DNA from: an uncultured Fibrobacterota bacterium
GTDB taxonomy: Bacteria; Fibrobacterota; Chitinivibrionia; Chitinivibrionales; FEN-1185
Direction: 5' to 3'
DNA length: 64,000 bases
Assembly (NCBI GenBank): GCA_963729895.1
Contig: CAVSQB010000009.1
Coordinates: forward strand, 1 to 64,000
Below are positions 1 through 12,619 of the stretch, in pieces. The position numbers were made by a program, and so were the translations under genes. The number at the start of each line of letters is the position of its first letter. Positions within the stretch are counted from its first letter, which is position 1. A model generated the notes under the pieces. That model was not told the origin of the DNA. It was given only the letters and a program-made list of their open reading frames with translations, and searched no databases.

Positions 1-2
1 TA

Positions 3-245
3 ATCTCAACTATAGTGGCAGTGACGATTTCGGGAAAGGTCAAGCATGAACTGATTCCGTTCCTAATATTAGCTACTTCACTCACCTGGGTTGGACAAAT
101 TGGATTTTTCGCATCGAGTTGGATTTCTCAGAAACTGGACCCGAGCGCGGGTCGTGTCGGTCCGACAATTTATTTAGGTTGGCCAAATCGCATTATGGTT
201 TTGTTCTATGCTTCTTGGATTTGCACAATCTCATGGATGATTTGA
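3..245 (+). CDS. 3' part of a hydrophobic membrane protein (possibly DUF998-like), truncated by the window start
   Basis: Frame is open from the window edge to TGA at 243-245; two hydrophobic segments, ending GWPNRIMVLFYASWICTISW; AT-rich. Confidence 0.4.
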   Translation: MSTIVAVTISGKVKHELIPFLILATSLTWVGQIGFFASSWISQKLDPSAGRVGPTIYLGWPNRIMVLFYASWICTISWMI

Positions 246-357
246 ATTCGATTGAGGTGAAGCGTTAAGCGCATCCATGCGCTAAAGAGTTGTGCGCCAT
301 TAAAGACAAGAAAAAGAGCGGCGGCGAGAATTACACTAAGGTAGCGTTCAAATTTAC

Positions 358-476
358 AGACCGCCAACAGCTAAAGCAATCAATGCCCGGTTTGATGCCC
401 TCCGTCACCGTCTGTAAACAAGCGGTGTCATGTCGGGCAATCTGGGAACAGCTTGCGTTTAGCAAACGTTGGTTCT
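358..476 (+). other. attC-like imperfect palindrome (candidate integron cassette recombination site)
   Basis: Outer ends CCAAC (364-368) and GTTGG (468-472); inner boxes GCTAAAGCAA and TTGCGTTTAGC pair with one extra G; central stems GATGCCC/GGGCAATC and CACCG/CGGTG; AT-rich context between two plus-strand ORFs. Confidence 0.45.
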
Positions 477-599
477 ACGTTGGAAATCTTTCAATCATAT
501 CGCTTTTACCGTAATTTTCCTAAAAACCATTTTTAAAACTCCAAAATCAAGATGACTTCAATTAAAACCGTATGTTTTGAAAGGTAACAACAGCACAAA

Positions 600-1166
600 A
601 TGCCAAGAACAAATCATGTAAGTGTCAAAGGGACAGATTTTGATCAATTATTCAAACACATTTCTCCGGAAGAGATATGCGACAATGTGTTTACGTTGGT
701 AGGAAAAGTTTTTCCGGTTATTACTGCGGGCAAGGAAGATCATTACAATTCCATGACGGCCAGCGGGGGTGGTTTGGGGATGCTTTTCAAGAAACCCACC
801 ACGTGGTGTATTCTTCAAGCAGGCCGTTATACGCTTGAACTGATTCAAAAAGAGCAAACCTATACGATGTCTTACTTCCCGGACGAATATAAGGAGCAAA
901 TACTCTTTTTGGGAAGTAAATCAGGAAGAGATAGTGAGAAAATGAAGGAAGTCGAATTGACAAGTGTTCAAACTCCTTCCGGAGACATGTCTTTCAAAGA
1001 GGCCAGACTAATTATCGAATGCAAATTAACGGAAGTTACTACCCCAAATCCCGTTGATTTTTGCACACAGGAAGCCAAAGACTATATAACCGAAGCTTAC
1101 AAAGAAGCAAACGATTATCGCAAATATGTATTTGGGGAAATCACCCATGTTTGGGTAAAGAAATGA
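600..1166 (+). CDS. flavin reductase-like / flavoredoxin family FMN-binding protein
   Basis: Motifs ITAG..YNSMTASGG, RYTLELI, GSKSGRD..K, EARLIIECK, VFGEI. Confidence 0.8.
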   Translation: MPRTNHVSVKGTDFDQLFKHISPEEICDNVFTLVGKVFPVITAGKEDHYNSMTASGGGLGMLFKKPTTWCILQAGRYTLELIQKEQTYTMSYFPDEYKEQILFLGSKSGRDSEKMKEVELTSVQTPSGDMSFKEARLIIECKLTEVTTPNPVDFCTQEAKDYITEAYKEANDYRKYVFGEITHVWVKK

Positions 1167-1248
1167 GAATTACCCGGAATTAACGCACGAGTGCCCCATC
1201 TATCGTGTGAAAAAATATAAAAACAGCCCGTGCGGCTTGGAAATCCGC

Positions 1249-1366
1249 CGCTGATTGTCGAGTGCCGCTCCCCTCGATACGTCCCCGTCTCGATACATCC
1301 ACAGAGTGGATTACTCGACGATCGGCGGGACACTCGGGGAGCGGTATATCGAGACAAAGCGGCATA
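1249..1366 (-). repeat. nested palindromic REP-like element (TCGATAC...CACTCGA type)
   Basis: Reverse complement matches 12040-12120 (TATGCCGCT.TGTCTCGATA.ACCGCTCCCCGAGTGTCCCG ... GAGGGGAGCGGCACTCGACAATCAGCG). Confidence 0.75.
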
Positions 1367-1701
1367 TCTGCGCAAAGGCGATTGGGAACTCCGCTTCGCT
1401 GCGAAAGTCGCCCGCGCGCTGGGCAGAAATAGCGCTGTCCTACATCAACGTCTCACCAGAAACAAACAGCCATTTCCCTGTTGGTTCTTTGATAGCCGCG
1501 AAGCGGCATACCTACGCGAAGGCGTTGCGGAAACGTGACACCCGTACTGCGCAAGCAGTACGCCTTGCGCACGTTTCCGCTGGAAGGGGTGTGCCGCAAG
1601 ACCCCGCAGGCGCGCAACGCGCGACGAGGAGGCTTGTGGCCAGGGGAAACCACGCAGTGGTTTCCCCACCAAATTTGAATTTGAATAAGAAGGAATCGAA
1701 A

Positions 1702-3105
1702 TTAACAATGGCCCTTTTCGCCAAACGGCGCCACCGGATACTTCCCGTTGAAACATGCCGCGCAGAAATTCTCTTTGGGCTCGCTCACCACCGACAGCAG
1801 CCCCTCAATCGACAGATATCCCAGCGAATCCACTTCGAGATACTGCCGTATTTCTTCCACTTTTTTCTCCGACGCGATGAGTTCTTTTTTGGTGGGCATG
1901 TCGATGCCGTAAAAACAGGGACCGATGATGGGCGGCGACGATATGCGCAAATGAAGTTCCGCCGGCTCGGCCGTGCGCAGCAGCCGGACGATTTTCTTCA
2001 TGGTGGTGCCGCGCACGATGGAATCGTCGACCACTACCACCTTCTTGCCTTTGAGCACCCCTTTAACGGGATTGAACTTGATGCGAACGCCGAGGTCTCT
2101 ACCCGACTGCGCCGGCTGGATGAAGGTCCTGCCCACGTAGTGGTTGCGGATGAGGCCGATGTCAAACCTGATTTTGCTCTCCTGCGCAAACCCGAGCGCC
2201 GCGGTTGTGGCCGAGTCCGGCACTCCCATCACCATGTCGGCACCGGTCACGGGATGCTCTTTGGCCAGCTTCCGCCCCAGCCGCCTGCGGATCTTGTCGA
2301 CATTGTCGCCGAACACATAGGAATCGGGCCGCGAGAAATAGATGTATTCGAAAATGCAGTACGACGGCCGCTGCACGTGCTCGAACACCGGTATGGCAAA
2401 ACTCTCAATTCCGTTCTTGTCGATCTTCACCATTTCGCCCGGTTTCACCTCGCGAACCATTTCGGCGCCCACAAGGTCGAACGCGCAGGTTTCCGACGAC
2501 AGGAAGGAAACGTCGCCCGCCTGGCCCAGAATAAGCGGCCTGAACCCGTGCGGGTCGCGCGCGCCGTAGAGCGCGTCTTTGGTGAGGAACAAAATGGAAT
2601 ACGATCCCTTGACCCGCGAGAGTGCGTCGAGGATCATCGACTCCGGGGTCTCGCGTTTCGACCGTGCGATGAGGTGCACGATCACCTCGGTGTCGGTGGT
2701 GGATGAGAAAATCGACCCGTCGTTTTCCATCTCGCTTCGCAGCTGGACCATATTGGTGAGGTTGCCGTTGTGGGCGGCCGCGATCTGTCCTATCCGGCAG
2801 TTGATGAGGATGGGCTGGGCATTGCTGATATCCGACGACCCGGTGGTGGAATACCGGTTATGGCCGATGGCGCTCGATCCCTTGAGATTGTCAATCGTGG
2901 TCTGATGCTTAAAGACCTGGTTCACCAGCCCCATCGCCTTGTGCATGCTGACCGCAGTCTGGTTCGACACCGCGATGCCCGAGCTTTCCTGGCCCCTGTG
3001 CTGAAGCGCATACATACCGAGGTAGGTAAGCTCGGCCGCTTCGTGGCTGTTGAAAACGCCGAAAATCCCGCATTCTTCGTGGATGCCGTCCAGCATAGTG
3101 CTCAT
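1702..3105 (-). CDS. purF: amidophosphoribosyltransferase
   Basis: HEECGIFG propeptide/Cys nucleophile, LQHRGQES, GHNRYSTTG, AHNGN, PRPP motif VVVDDSIVRGTT, PCFYGID, FCAACF. Confidence 0.97.
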   Translation of the reverse strand: MSTMLDGIHEECGIFGVFNSHEAAELTYLGMYALQHRGQESSGIAVSNQTAVSMHKAMGLVNQVFKHQTTIDNLKGSSAIGHNRYSTTGSSDISNAQPILINCRIGQIAAAHNGNLTNMVQLRSEMENDGSIFSSTTDTEVIVHLIARSKRETPESMILDALSRVKGSYSILFLTKDALYGARDPHGFRPLILGQAGDVSFLSSETCAFDLVGAEMVREVKPGEMVKIDKNGIESFAIPVFEHVQRPSYCIFEYIYFSRPDSYVFGDNVDKIRRRLGRKLAKEHPVTGADMVMGVPDSATTAALGFAQESKIRFDIGLIRNHYVGRTFIQPAQSGRDLGVRIKFNPVKGVLKGKKVVVVDDSIVRGTTMKKIVRLLRTAEPAELHLRISSPPIIGPCFYGIDMPTKKELIASEKKVEEIRQYLEVDSLGYLSIEGLLSVVSEPKENFCAACFNGKYPVAPFGEKGHC

Positions 3106-3192
3106 AATGGTACATCGTCCATTCTTTTCGCAGATAATGAATTCGTCACACCGGCCCGATAATTGCCGCGCCGCGAAACATCCCGCGCCACC

Positions 3193-4800
3193 CTATTTTT
3201 TGGCCGGATACTTCAAGCTCGCTCCCACAAAATCCCTGAACAGCGGATGCGGGTCAACGGGCCTCGATTTGAATTCCGGGTGGAACTGCACGCCGACGAA
3301 CCAGGGATGATTGTGAATTTCAACCATCTCCACCAGCATGCCGTCGGGCGATTCGCCGCACACCACGAGTCCCGCCTTTTCGAAGCGTTCACGGTATTCG
3401 TTGTTGTACTCGTACCGGTGACGGTGCCGTTCGCTTATCTGGTCCTTGCCGTATGCTTTACGGGCAAGAGTGCCCTTTTCGAGCGAGCAGGGATAGGCGC
3501 CCAGCCGCATGGTTGCGCCCTTGTTGATGATTTCCTTCTGCTCCTCCATGAGGTGGATCACGGGATCTTTGGTGTCCGCGCAGTGTTCGGTGCTGTCGGC
3601 GTCCTTGAGCCCGAGCACGTTGCGCGCGAACTCGATCACCGCCATCTGCATGCCGAGGCAGATTCCAAAGAACGGCACCTTCTTCTCGCGGGCGTATTTG
3701 ATCGCCATGATTTTTCCCTCCAGCCCGCGCGATCCGAACCCTCCCGGCACGAGGATGCCGTTTGCCGCGCTCAGGATTTCGTGAGCGCCGGATTTCTCGA
3801 TGTCTTCGGACGAAACGCTCAATATGTTCACCGTGGCCGAATGCGCCGCGCCCGCGTGGTTCAGCGATTCGTGGATCGACTTGTACGCGTCAAGCAGCTC
3901 GGAGTATTTGCCTACCACCGCTATGGTAACGGCGCGGTCGGCCGTTATCACCCGGTCGACATACTCGCGCCACGCTTTCAGGTTGCGCCTTCCGGCGCGC
4001 AGTCCCATCACGTCGATGATCACCTGGTCGATGTCCTGCGCCGCAAAATCGAGCGGCACTTCGTAGATGGTGTGCGGCGTGTCGAACGCCTCGATCACCG
4101 CTTCCTCGTCGACGTTGCAGAACAGCGAGATTTTCTTTCTCGCATCCTTGTCGATGTGCATTTCGGTCCGGCAGATCAGCATATCCGGTATGATGCCGAT
4201 TTCCCTTAATTTTCCCACGGAATGCTGGGTGGGTTTCGTCTTTATTTCTCCCGCTTTCCGCAGGTACGGGATGAGGGTCACATGGACGAACAGCACGTTG
4301 TTGCGGCCTTCCTGCAGCCTGAACTGCCGCAGCGCTTCGAGAAACGGCAGGCTCTCGATGTCGCCCACGGTGCCGCCTATTTCGCATATCACGACATCAA
4401 CCTCGCTCGAGGCCACGCTGCGGATGCTGTTGCATATTTCGGTGGTCACGTGCGGCACCACCTGCACCGTGCCGCCCAGGTAATCTCCCCTGCGCTCCTT
4501 CTTGATTATTGCGTCGTAAATGCGTCCCGCGGTATAGTTGCAGTTCTTGTTGGTGGTGACGCCGGTAAAGCGCTCGTAGTGACCGAGGTCGAGGTCGGTT
4601 TCCGCGCCGTCGTCGGTGACATACACCTCGCCGTGCTGGTACGGGTTCATCGTGCCGGGATCCACGTTGAGGTACGGGTCGAATTTCTGGTGCACAACCC
4701 GCAGCCCCCGGGACTTGAGAAGCACGCCGATTGACGCTGCGGTAATTCCCTTGCCGAGCGACGACACGACTCCGCCGGTCACAAAAATGTACTTGGGCAT
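3193..4800 (-). CDS. pyrG: CTP synthase
   Basis: [46 protein letters not shown]. Confidence 0.98.
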   Translation of the reverse strand: MPKYIFVTGGVVSSLGKGITAASIGVLLKSRGLRVVHQKFDPYLNVDPGTMNPYQHGEVYVTDDGAETDLDLGHYERFTGVTTNKNCNYTAGRIYDAIIKKERRGDYLGGTVQVVPHVTTEICNSIRSVASSEVDVVICEIGGTVGDIESLPFLEALRQFRLQEGRNNVLFVHVTLIPYLRKAGEIKTKPTQHSVGKLREIGIIPDMLICRTEMHIDKDARKKISLFCNVDEEAVIEAFDTPHTIYEVPLDFAAQDIDQVIIDVMGLRAGRRNLKAWREYVDRVITADRAVTIAVVGKYSELLDAYKSIHESLNHAGAAHSATVNILSVSSEDIEKSGAHEILSAANGILVPGGFGSRGLEGKIMAIKYAREKKVPFFGICLGMQMAVIEFARNVLGLKDADSTEHCADTKDPVIHLMEEQKEIINKGATMRLGAYPCSLEKGTLARKAYGKDQISERHRHRYEYNNEYRERFEKAGLVVCGESPDGMLVEMVEIHNHPWFVGVQFHPEFKSRPVDPHPLFRDFVGASLKYPAKK

Positions 4801-4840
4801 GGTCAGGCTCCCATAAATAGAGTGGTTTTAGACTAAAAGT

Positions 4841-6147
4841 CAGCCCTGTCCGGCTAAACCTCTTGACCAATGGCTAATAGAATGATAATTGCACTGGAGC
4901 GGAGCGCAAAGAACGTAACCGCTCGTAATTGACCCGTAGTAATTCAATCAAGCTTTCAAAACCAAGCAGCCTTTCTCGGATAACCCGCAGTAATTCCAGC
5001 ATGGTGAAGGCATACCGTGCTTGGAATTTTATAAACGACAACAGGAGATACAAGATCATGGCTATCCACACCTGTGTCATTACCGCGTTTTCGCTGGTCC
5101 CGTAGAACGTCTTTATCTTCAAGTGCTGCTTGATCCACTTGAAAAATGTTTCTATCTCCCATCTTCCCTTGTACAGTGCAGCAATTGTCGTTGCCGACAA
5201 CGTGAAATTGTTCGTCAGAAAGACCAGGTTCTTGTTTAACTCCTTGTTGTAATACTGTATCAGTCGCAGCTTCTCCGGATATGCCTTGCTTTCGTAAAAA
5301 TTCGACATTTCGACTTCCTGATCACGGATAATTCCGCGTCTTACGTTCGGTTCTTTGTGCTGTCCGACAAGATGATATGCCATGTTGGATTTTGCCAGGA
5401 TCACGAATGTAACACCAGTCGTATGCAGTGAATGAAGCCAGCCAAAATCTGTGTAGCCTCGATCAATGGTGAGGATGCTGTCCGGCGGAAGCGCAGGAAA
5501 ATCATATTCGGCATCTTTCACCACCCGAATGTCATGGACTTTCCCGTCCGTCATCCGGATAAACGACGGTAGGTAACCGTCATGGTCCAGAAGCATATGA
5601 AGTTTCAATCCACCTTTGCGCCTGCGATACCGTGCCCATGGAAACGATGACAGACATACGCTGATCAAGGTTGAATCATGCGTAAATACCGGAACCTTTA
5701 CCCGAAAGTCATGACGAGGTGCCAATCGCTGGCATTTATCCAGAAACTGATAGAAAAGATCTTCAAACATCTTGTATGGCCGGAGAGCGAGTGCATCTGC
5801 CAGTGTACTGCGGGCTACACTCGCAAGACCAATATGTTCCCACTTATCCGCATTGCTCTTCAGACACGCTTCTACATCCCGAAAGCTGACCAAATCCTTT
5901 ACCAGCGAAAAGAGCAAAATCTGCATCTCCTGCCAGCAGGTCATGCTCTTTACGTACCTGTCTCCTTCGTACCGATTAACAATGCGCCAGAATCCCTTCC
6001 GATTCAACAGTTGCGTTATCTGATTGAATATTGTATTTCTTCTGTTCAAGGGCTGCCTCCTCTTTTTAATCGTCAAAAACTAAACCTTCAACGATAAAAA
6101 TAGGTTGGTAGCCCTTCTCTTGTTGTCAATTTAACCGGACACTACTG
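4841..6147 (-). mobile_element. IS4-family insertion sequence, 1307 bp, apparently complete
   Basis: Terminal inverted repeats CAGCCCTGTCCGGCTAAA (4841-) and reverse complement CAGTAGTGTCCGGTTAAA (-6147); 9-bp direct repeat ACTAAAAGT at 4832-4840 and 6148-6156; lower GC than flanks. Confidence 0.93.
4874..6049 (-). CDS. IS4-family DDE transposase (DUF4372-like N-terminus)
   Basis: DST, GGLKLH, DRGY, FLTN and YREK-like YKGRWEIETFFKWIKQ; start placed at TTG 6049 behind GGAGG. Confidence 0.93.
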   Translation of the reverse strand: MNRRNTIFNQITQLLNRKGFWRIVNRYEGDRYVKSMTCWQEMQILLFSLVKDLVSFRDVEACLKSNADKWEHIGLASVARSTLADALALRPYKMFEDLFYQFLDKCQRLAPRHDFRVKVPVFTHDSTLISVCLSSFPWARYRRRKGGLKLHMLLDHDGYLPSFIRMTDGKVHDIRVVKDAEYDFPALPPDSILTIDRGYTDFGWLHSLHTTGVTFVILAKSNMAYHLVGQHKEPNVRRGIIRDQEVEMSNFYESKAYPEKLRLIQYYNKELNKNLVFLTNNFTLSATTIAALYKGRWEIETFFKWIKQHLKIKTFYGTSENAVMTQVWIAMILYLLLSFIKFQARYAFTMLELLRVIRERLLGFESLIELLRVNYERLRSLRSAPVQLSFY

Positions 6148-6179
6148 ACTAAAAGTAATTCCAAATAGAATAGAAACTT

Positions 6180-6293
6180 GGGCGTTCCCCTCGCCTTCGT
6201 CAAGACTCAGGCCCGGGTCGGCCGTCCCTACCGCCTTCGGCCAGGGATCAGGCAGCACCGCGCTCCGGCGCGGCCTCCAGTCCTGCCTAACGC
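6180..6293 (+). repeat. intergenic structured repeat family A (GGGCGTTCCCCTCG...CCTAACGC), copy 1
   Basis: Shared termini and stem layout with 11966-12172, 14907-14982 and 39404-39540. Confidence 0.75.
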
Positions 6294-6425
6294 GCGAAAA
6301 CAGGACTCCTATCAGCAAACCACTTCTTCTCGCGCAGGCCGGTAACCCATAATAGAAATCAACGTGCCTTGAACTTTTTCAACTTTTTGTCTTCTCAACC
6401 TCTCAACCCTTCAACTACTCTTCTC

Positions 6426-6549
6426 GGGTGCCCCCGCAACGACGTATCGCGTTTGCCGCTGCGCCATCGAGGGGTGCACCCAGGAGGGGGCAGCGGAAGA
6501 CGACGTGGCCGCAGGCCACGGTGGCTGAAGCGAGGGGGAAACTTCCCCC
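6426..6549 (+). repeat. intergenic structured repeat family B (GGTGCCCCGCA...GGGG..CACC..AGGGGGC...AAACTTCCCCC), copy 1
   Basis: Same ordered motifs at 39622-39794; first stem also at 12413-12470. Confidence 0.6.
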
Positions 6550-6586
6550 ACATGAGCACATTTTCACTGACCTTTTATCCGCATAG

Positions 6587-9880
<3,294 letters not shown>

Positions 9881-9892
9881 ACTTAAACCTTG

Positions 9893-10399
9893 CTAATGCG
9901 TATAGGCGTGAATGCGTATAAGCGTGTAGGGATAAAGGTGTTTATTCGTGATAAAAGAATAATCATTTAGGATAACTTTCCTTTGAGATGTTTGATAAAA
10001 TTCAGTAACTTCCGCCGTAATTTTTCTATCATCTCGGGAAATTCCAAATCACCAAAAAATTTGAGCCTCCGCGATATTTCAACATGGGTTTCGAGTTCCG
10101 AAAGAGAACCAAGGCTGACATAGAGAAATTGAATATATTCCTTGATGGTATGACGTGCCGCACCTTCGGCTATATTCGAGGGAATGGAAACTGCGCATCG
10201 CCTCATTTGTGACACGAGACCGTATTGTTCCTCTCTGGGAAAGTCAGCGGTACTCTTGTAAACATATTCAACCATTTCAATTCCCAATTGCCAGATTTCA
10301 AGATCTTTGTGGGTTCGAATCAGATTTATTTCCATCACCGTGACCTTTACACTCCGCCTTTGCCGCATTTACGCATATTCGCATACACGCTCAAACGCT
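9893..10399. mobile_element. four-helix-bundle gene cassette bounded by inverted arms of 8-nt tandem repeats
   Basis: Left arm AATGCGTA TAGGCGTG AATGCGTA TAAGCGTG (9895-9926); right arm CCGCATTT ACGCATAT TCGCATAC ACGCTCAA ACGCT (10363-10399); interrupts carA-carB; AT-rich interior. Confidence 0.55.
9967..10335 (-). CDS. four helix bundle protein (23S rRNA intervening-sequence protein-like family)
   Basis: HKDLEIWQ..FPREEQYGLVSQMRRCAVSIPSNIAEG..GSLSELETH signature. Confidence 0.92.
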   Translation of the reverse strand: MEINLIRTHKDLEIWQLGIEMVEYVYKSTADFPREEQYGLVSQMRRCAVSIPSNIAEGAARHTIKEYIQFLYVSLGSLSELETHVEISRRLKFFGDLEFPEMIEKLRRKLLNFIKHLKGKLS

Positions 10400-11491
10400 C
10401 TAACTTTTTTCCATCATCTCAATAAACTGCTTGAACAGATACCCCGAATCGTGCGGGCCGGGTGAAGCCTCGGGATGATACTGGACGCAGAACATCCTGT
10501 TCGCCTTGTCGGAAAGCCCTTCGCAGGTGTGGTCGTTGAGGTTGACATGCGTCATTTTCACCCCTGCAGACGCAAGGCTTTCCACGTCCACGCAAAACCC
10601 GTGGTTTTGCGACGTGATCGCAATACCGCCTGTTTCAAGGTTCTTGACAGGATGGTTGGCGCCCCGGTGGCCGAACTTGAGTTTGTAGGTTTTCGCCCCG
10701 AGCGCCAGGCCGAGCAACTGGTGGCCGAGGCAGATGCCGAATACCGGCAGCTTTCCCAGCAGCCGGCGGATGGCTTCTACGGCGTAGGTGACCGCTGCCG
10801 GATCGCCGGGGCCGTTGCTGAGGAATATGCCGTCCGGTTTGTAGGCCAGCGCCTGCTGCGCCGTTGTGGACGCGGGCACCACCGTCACCTTGCAGCCGAG
10901 CGATTTCAGGATGCGCAGGATGTTGAACTTGACCCCAAAATCGTACGCCACCACGTTATACCGGTGGCCGTTCTTCGAGGGTTCCCATTCGTACGGCTTT
11001 GCGCACGTCACGTTCTTGACAATGTCGACATCCGCCAGGCCCTTCCAGGCTTTTGCCTTGTCGACAAGATCCGCCGTGGAAGGCGCCTTCTCTCCCGCCC
11101 AGATGACGCTTTTCATGGCGCCGCCGATCCGCAGGCGCCGCGTGAGTTTGCGTGTGTCTATGCCGCACACGCCCGTCACGCCGCTTTCCCGAAGGTAATC
11201 GCCGAGCGACCCCTGCGACCGGAAATTGGACGGATACGGGCACAGTTCCTTTACCACGAACCCCGCAACCTGGACGCGCGACGATTCCACGTCCGCTTCG
11301 TTGACGCCGTAATTGCCGATAAGCGGGTAGGTCATGGCGACGATCTGGGAACAATAGGAAGGATCGGTCAGCACTTCCTGATACCCGGAGAGGCTTGTGT
11401 TGAACACCGCCTCGCCGAAGCATTCTCCGGCAGCGCCGAATCCTTCACCCTCAAATACGGTTCCGTCTTCTAAGGCCAGTATTCCTTTCAA
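10400..11491 (-). CDS. carA: carbamoyl-phosphate synthase small subunit
   Basis: [54 protein letters not shown]; start at TTG 11491 with GAGG RBS. Confidence 0.97.
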   Translation of the reverse strand: MKGILALEDGTVFEGEGFGAAGECFGEAVFNTSLSGYQEVLTDPSYCSQIVAMTYPLIGNYGVNEADVESSRVQVAGFVVKELCPYPSNFRSQGSLGDYLRESGVTGVCGIDTRKLTRRLRIGGAMKSVIWAGEKAPSTADLVDKAKAWKGLADVDIVKNVTCAKPYEWEPSKNGHRYNVVAYDFGVKFNILRILKSLGCKVTVVPASTTAQQALAYKPDGIFLSNGPGDPAAVTYAVEAIRRLLGKLPVFGICLGHQLLGLALGAKTYKLKFGHRGANHPVKNLETGGIAITSQNHGFCVDVESLASAGVKMTHVNLNDHTCEGLSDKANRMFCVQYHPEASPGPHDSGYLFKQFIEMMEKS

Positions 11492-11579
11492 GCGGTACCT
11501 CTCTACCTGTTTCCAAAAGCAAAAATCCAAAAAATCTTCTTCATCCTGCCCGATCCTGCCCTCTCCCGGTCATCCTGAC

Positions 11580-11619
11580 AAAAAAAAAGACACCTACCCT
11601 TGTCACGGTAGATGTCTTT
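11580..11619 (-). terminator. intrinsic terminator/attenuator hairpin in the carA leader
   Basis: Minus strand AAAGACATCTACC-GTGACAAG-GGTAGGTGTCTTT followed by a further U run, about 90 nt upstream of carA. Confidence 0.75.
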
Positions 11620-11743
11620 CGGAAAAAATCCGGTTCTCGAAGACCGCGTCTCCCGGAGGCCACACGCCCCCGTGAAGGAGAGAAGAGAAGAATGCCCGGT
11701 GCGGTAGAAAGAGTAACCAGAAATGCCCGGCATTCTTCGGCAT
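11603..11743 (-). CDS. putative 46-aa leader peptide (pyrL-like arrangement)
   Basis: ATG 11743 to TGA 11603: MPKNAGHFWLLFLPHRAFFSSLLHGGVWPPGDAVFENRIFSERHLP; stop codon lies in the terminator loop; RBS weak. Confidence 0.35.
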   Translation of the reverse strand: MPKNAGHFWLLFLPHRAFFSSLLHGGVWPPGDAVFENRIFSERHLP

Positions 11744-11852
11744 TTTCTAAATCCCGGTGCCTTTCAGGGCGCTCGCCGACACCCCATATTTGGGATAGGA
11801 AATATGACCTTTACACAACATTTTGTATTTCTTCCCTCTTTTGGCCTGTACC

Positions 11853-11881
11853 AAAATAATGTTTTCTGAAATGAGAGTCAA
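11853..11881 (-). promoter_or_regulatory. sigma70-type promoter for the carAB leader
   Basis: TTGACT-17 nt-TATTTT on the minus strand. Confidence 0.55.
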
Positions 11882-11965
11882 GGTGAGATTGCGAGAAAAA
11901 TGTTATGAAATTATTAGAAGTGAATGTTCCGATTTCCCGGCTGCCTGCCGTCGGACATGTGTTAT

Positions 11966-12172
11966 GGGCGTTCCCCTCGCCGAGCTCGGGTCGGCCCTCC
12001 CTCCGGGCTCGGCTGGTCAGCCTCGGTGCCGGACCGCCCTATGCCGCTGTGTCTCGATACACCGCTCCCCGAGTGTCCCGCAGGGATGTACCGAGGGGAG
12101 CGGCACTCGACAATCAGCGCCGGGGTCGGCCGGCACTGCGCTCCTGCGCACCACTCCGGTCCGGCCTAACGC
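11966..12172 (+). repeat. repeat family A, copy 2, carrying a nested TCGATAC...CACTCGA element (about 12045-12120)
   Basis: Colinear with 39404-39540 except for the inserted element that matches 1249-1366. Confidence 0.8.
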
Positions 12173-12619
12173 ATAAATCAAGAAGTGCAAACCTCACCTG
12201 GCTCATCAGCCCCCTATTGAACCTGGATCAATCGCCATCGTTATTTCTCCATGGTAAACCACTTTTCCGTGTCTCGCTTCTCGACAAGGGCCTTTGCAAA
12301 GTACCGGAACGCAGCATGCTTTGTCTGCCAGGTTGGGGCAAACGATCATTACAATTACGTCAACGATCAAGACCATCGCTCAATGGTTCTCTACAGTCCA
12401 GGTGCACGGCGCGGGTGCCCCCCAACCGAGGATTGGATGCTTGCAGTCACTTCCACTTGGGGGGTCACCCGGCTCAGCCATCCAAACGCATTTGCTTTTT
12501 CCCTTAATCGCCCATCAACCCGTTCGGGCCGCTCAAACATTTCCCCAAAGCCCGGCTTCATAAAGTAATTTTCTATCAGCAATTTCAATCCGACCCGACA
12601 ACCCCGGAAACACCGGATC

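Noticed and set aside
9967..10335. Four-helix-bundle gene as Avd of a diversity-generating retroelement or as a 23S rRNA intervening sequence
   Set aside because: No reverse transcriptase, no TR/VR pair and no rRNA sequence nearby
12180..12600. Small ORFs between carA and nfnA
   Set aside because: No motifs, overlap with repeats, inconsistent frames; could be a decayed gene but not supportable
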